From Candidatus Dormiibacterota bacterium (GTDB taxonomy: Archaea > Thermoproteota > Bathyarchaeia > 40CM-2-53-6), in the NCBI GenBank assembly GCA_035637535.1, contig DASPWZ010000027.1, forward strand, positions 856 to 64,855: a stretch of 64,000 nucleotides of DNA. Reading direction: 5' to 3'. A model generated the notes under the pieces. The model was not told the origin of the DNA. It saw only the letters and a program-made list of their open reading frames with translations, and did not search any database. Numbering within the stretch: the first letter of the stretch is position 1; each line of letters starts with the position of its first letter. Below, piece by piece: positions 63,744 through 64,000 of the stretch. A program made the position numbers and the translations under genes.

Positions 63744-64000
63744 GTCATTGGGATTCCATTAAGAATCCTGAGTGGCTCCAAGATATCTCACAATAAGGGG
63801 CGAGCCTCATCGTTAGGGTTTAAAGCTTATCGCTCAAGTGGGCGGCGAGAGATATCTCAAGGTATAGAAATCTGGAAAAAAGTCCACTCCGCTCTCACTC
63901 TGACCTAAAAATTGCTTCTACATGAAAAATCCGGTCGAAATCTAGCCGTCCGAGATACATCGGTGAATGATGAAAGCTTAAGGGTCAGATAGCCGCAACT

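Noticed and set aside
1-64000. Search for CRISPR arrays, transposases, integrases, restriction or toxin-antitoxin genes and other defence or mobile systems.
   Set aside because: I saw no regularly spaced direct repeats and no ORFs with recognisable nuclease, integrase or transposase motifs. The window looks like core chromosome plus carbohydrate-metabolism islands.

Overview
This is a densely coded archaeal chromosomal segment of roughly 50% GC. I support about 60 protein-coding genes on both strands. I recognised no rRNA, tRNA, CRISPR array, transposase or integrase.

Lineage (inference): a TACK-type archaeon, possibly a heterotrophic Nitrososphaeria- or Bathyarchaeia-like organism. The evidence is topoisomerase VI subunit A, an archaeal ThrRS with an N-terminal editing domain, a thermosome-family chaperonin, ribosomal protein S26e, a pccB-accC-accB gene order, and blue-copper proteins where bacteria would have cytochromes.

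Content in order:
- Housekeeping genes: top6A, proS, rps26e, a CDP-alcohol phosphatidyltransferase and thrS.
- birA followed by an acyl-CoA carboxylase operon (pccB-accC-accB).
- Acetoacetyl-CoA synthetase and a thiolase/DUF35 pair.
- A TrmB-family regulator next to a sugar-acid cluster of Entner-Doudoroff or Weimberg type: cyclase, DapA-family aldolase, aldehyde dehydrogenase, MOFRL glycerate kinase and an enolase-superfamily dehydratase.
- A divergent thermosome paralog with an unknown partner.
- A Tat-exported GMC flavoprotein dehydrogenase next to two membrane-anchored cupredoxins.
- An alpha-glucan island: two different GH15 enzymes, GH13 glgB, a glycogen synthase and a glucose dehydrogenase.
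- An overlapping rpe-fbp pair.
- Several small membrane proteins.
- A 1358-aa secreted repeat protein with a dockerin-like C-terminus.

Most interesting observations:
1. The cytochrome-free GMC dehydrogenase plus cupredoxin module.
2. Three genes whose conserved N-termini lie upstream of any ATG/GTG/TTG start codon.
3. The giant triplicated surface protein with a dockerin-like tail.
4. The degenerate thermosome paralog operon.

All functional calls rest on motif recognition by eye. No database search was run.
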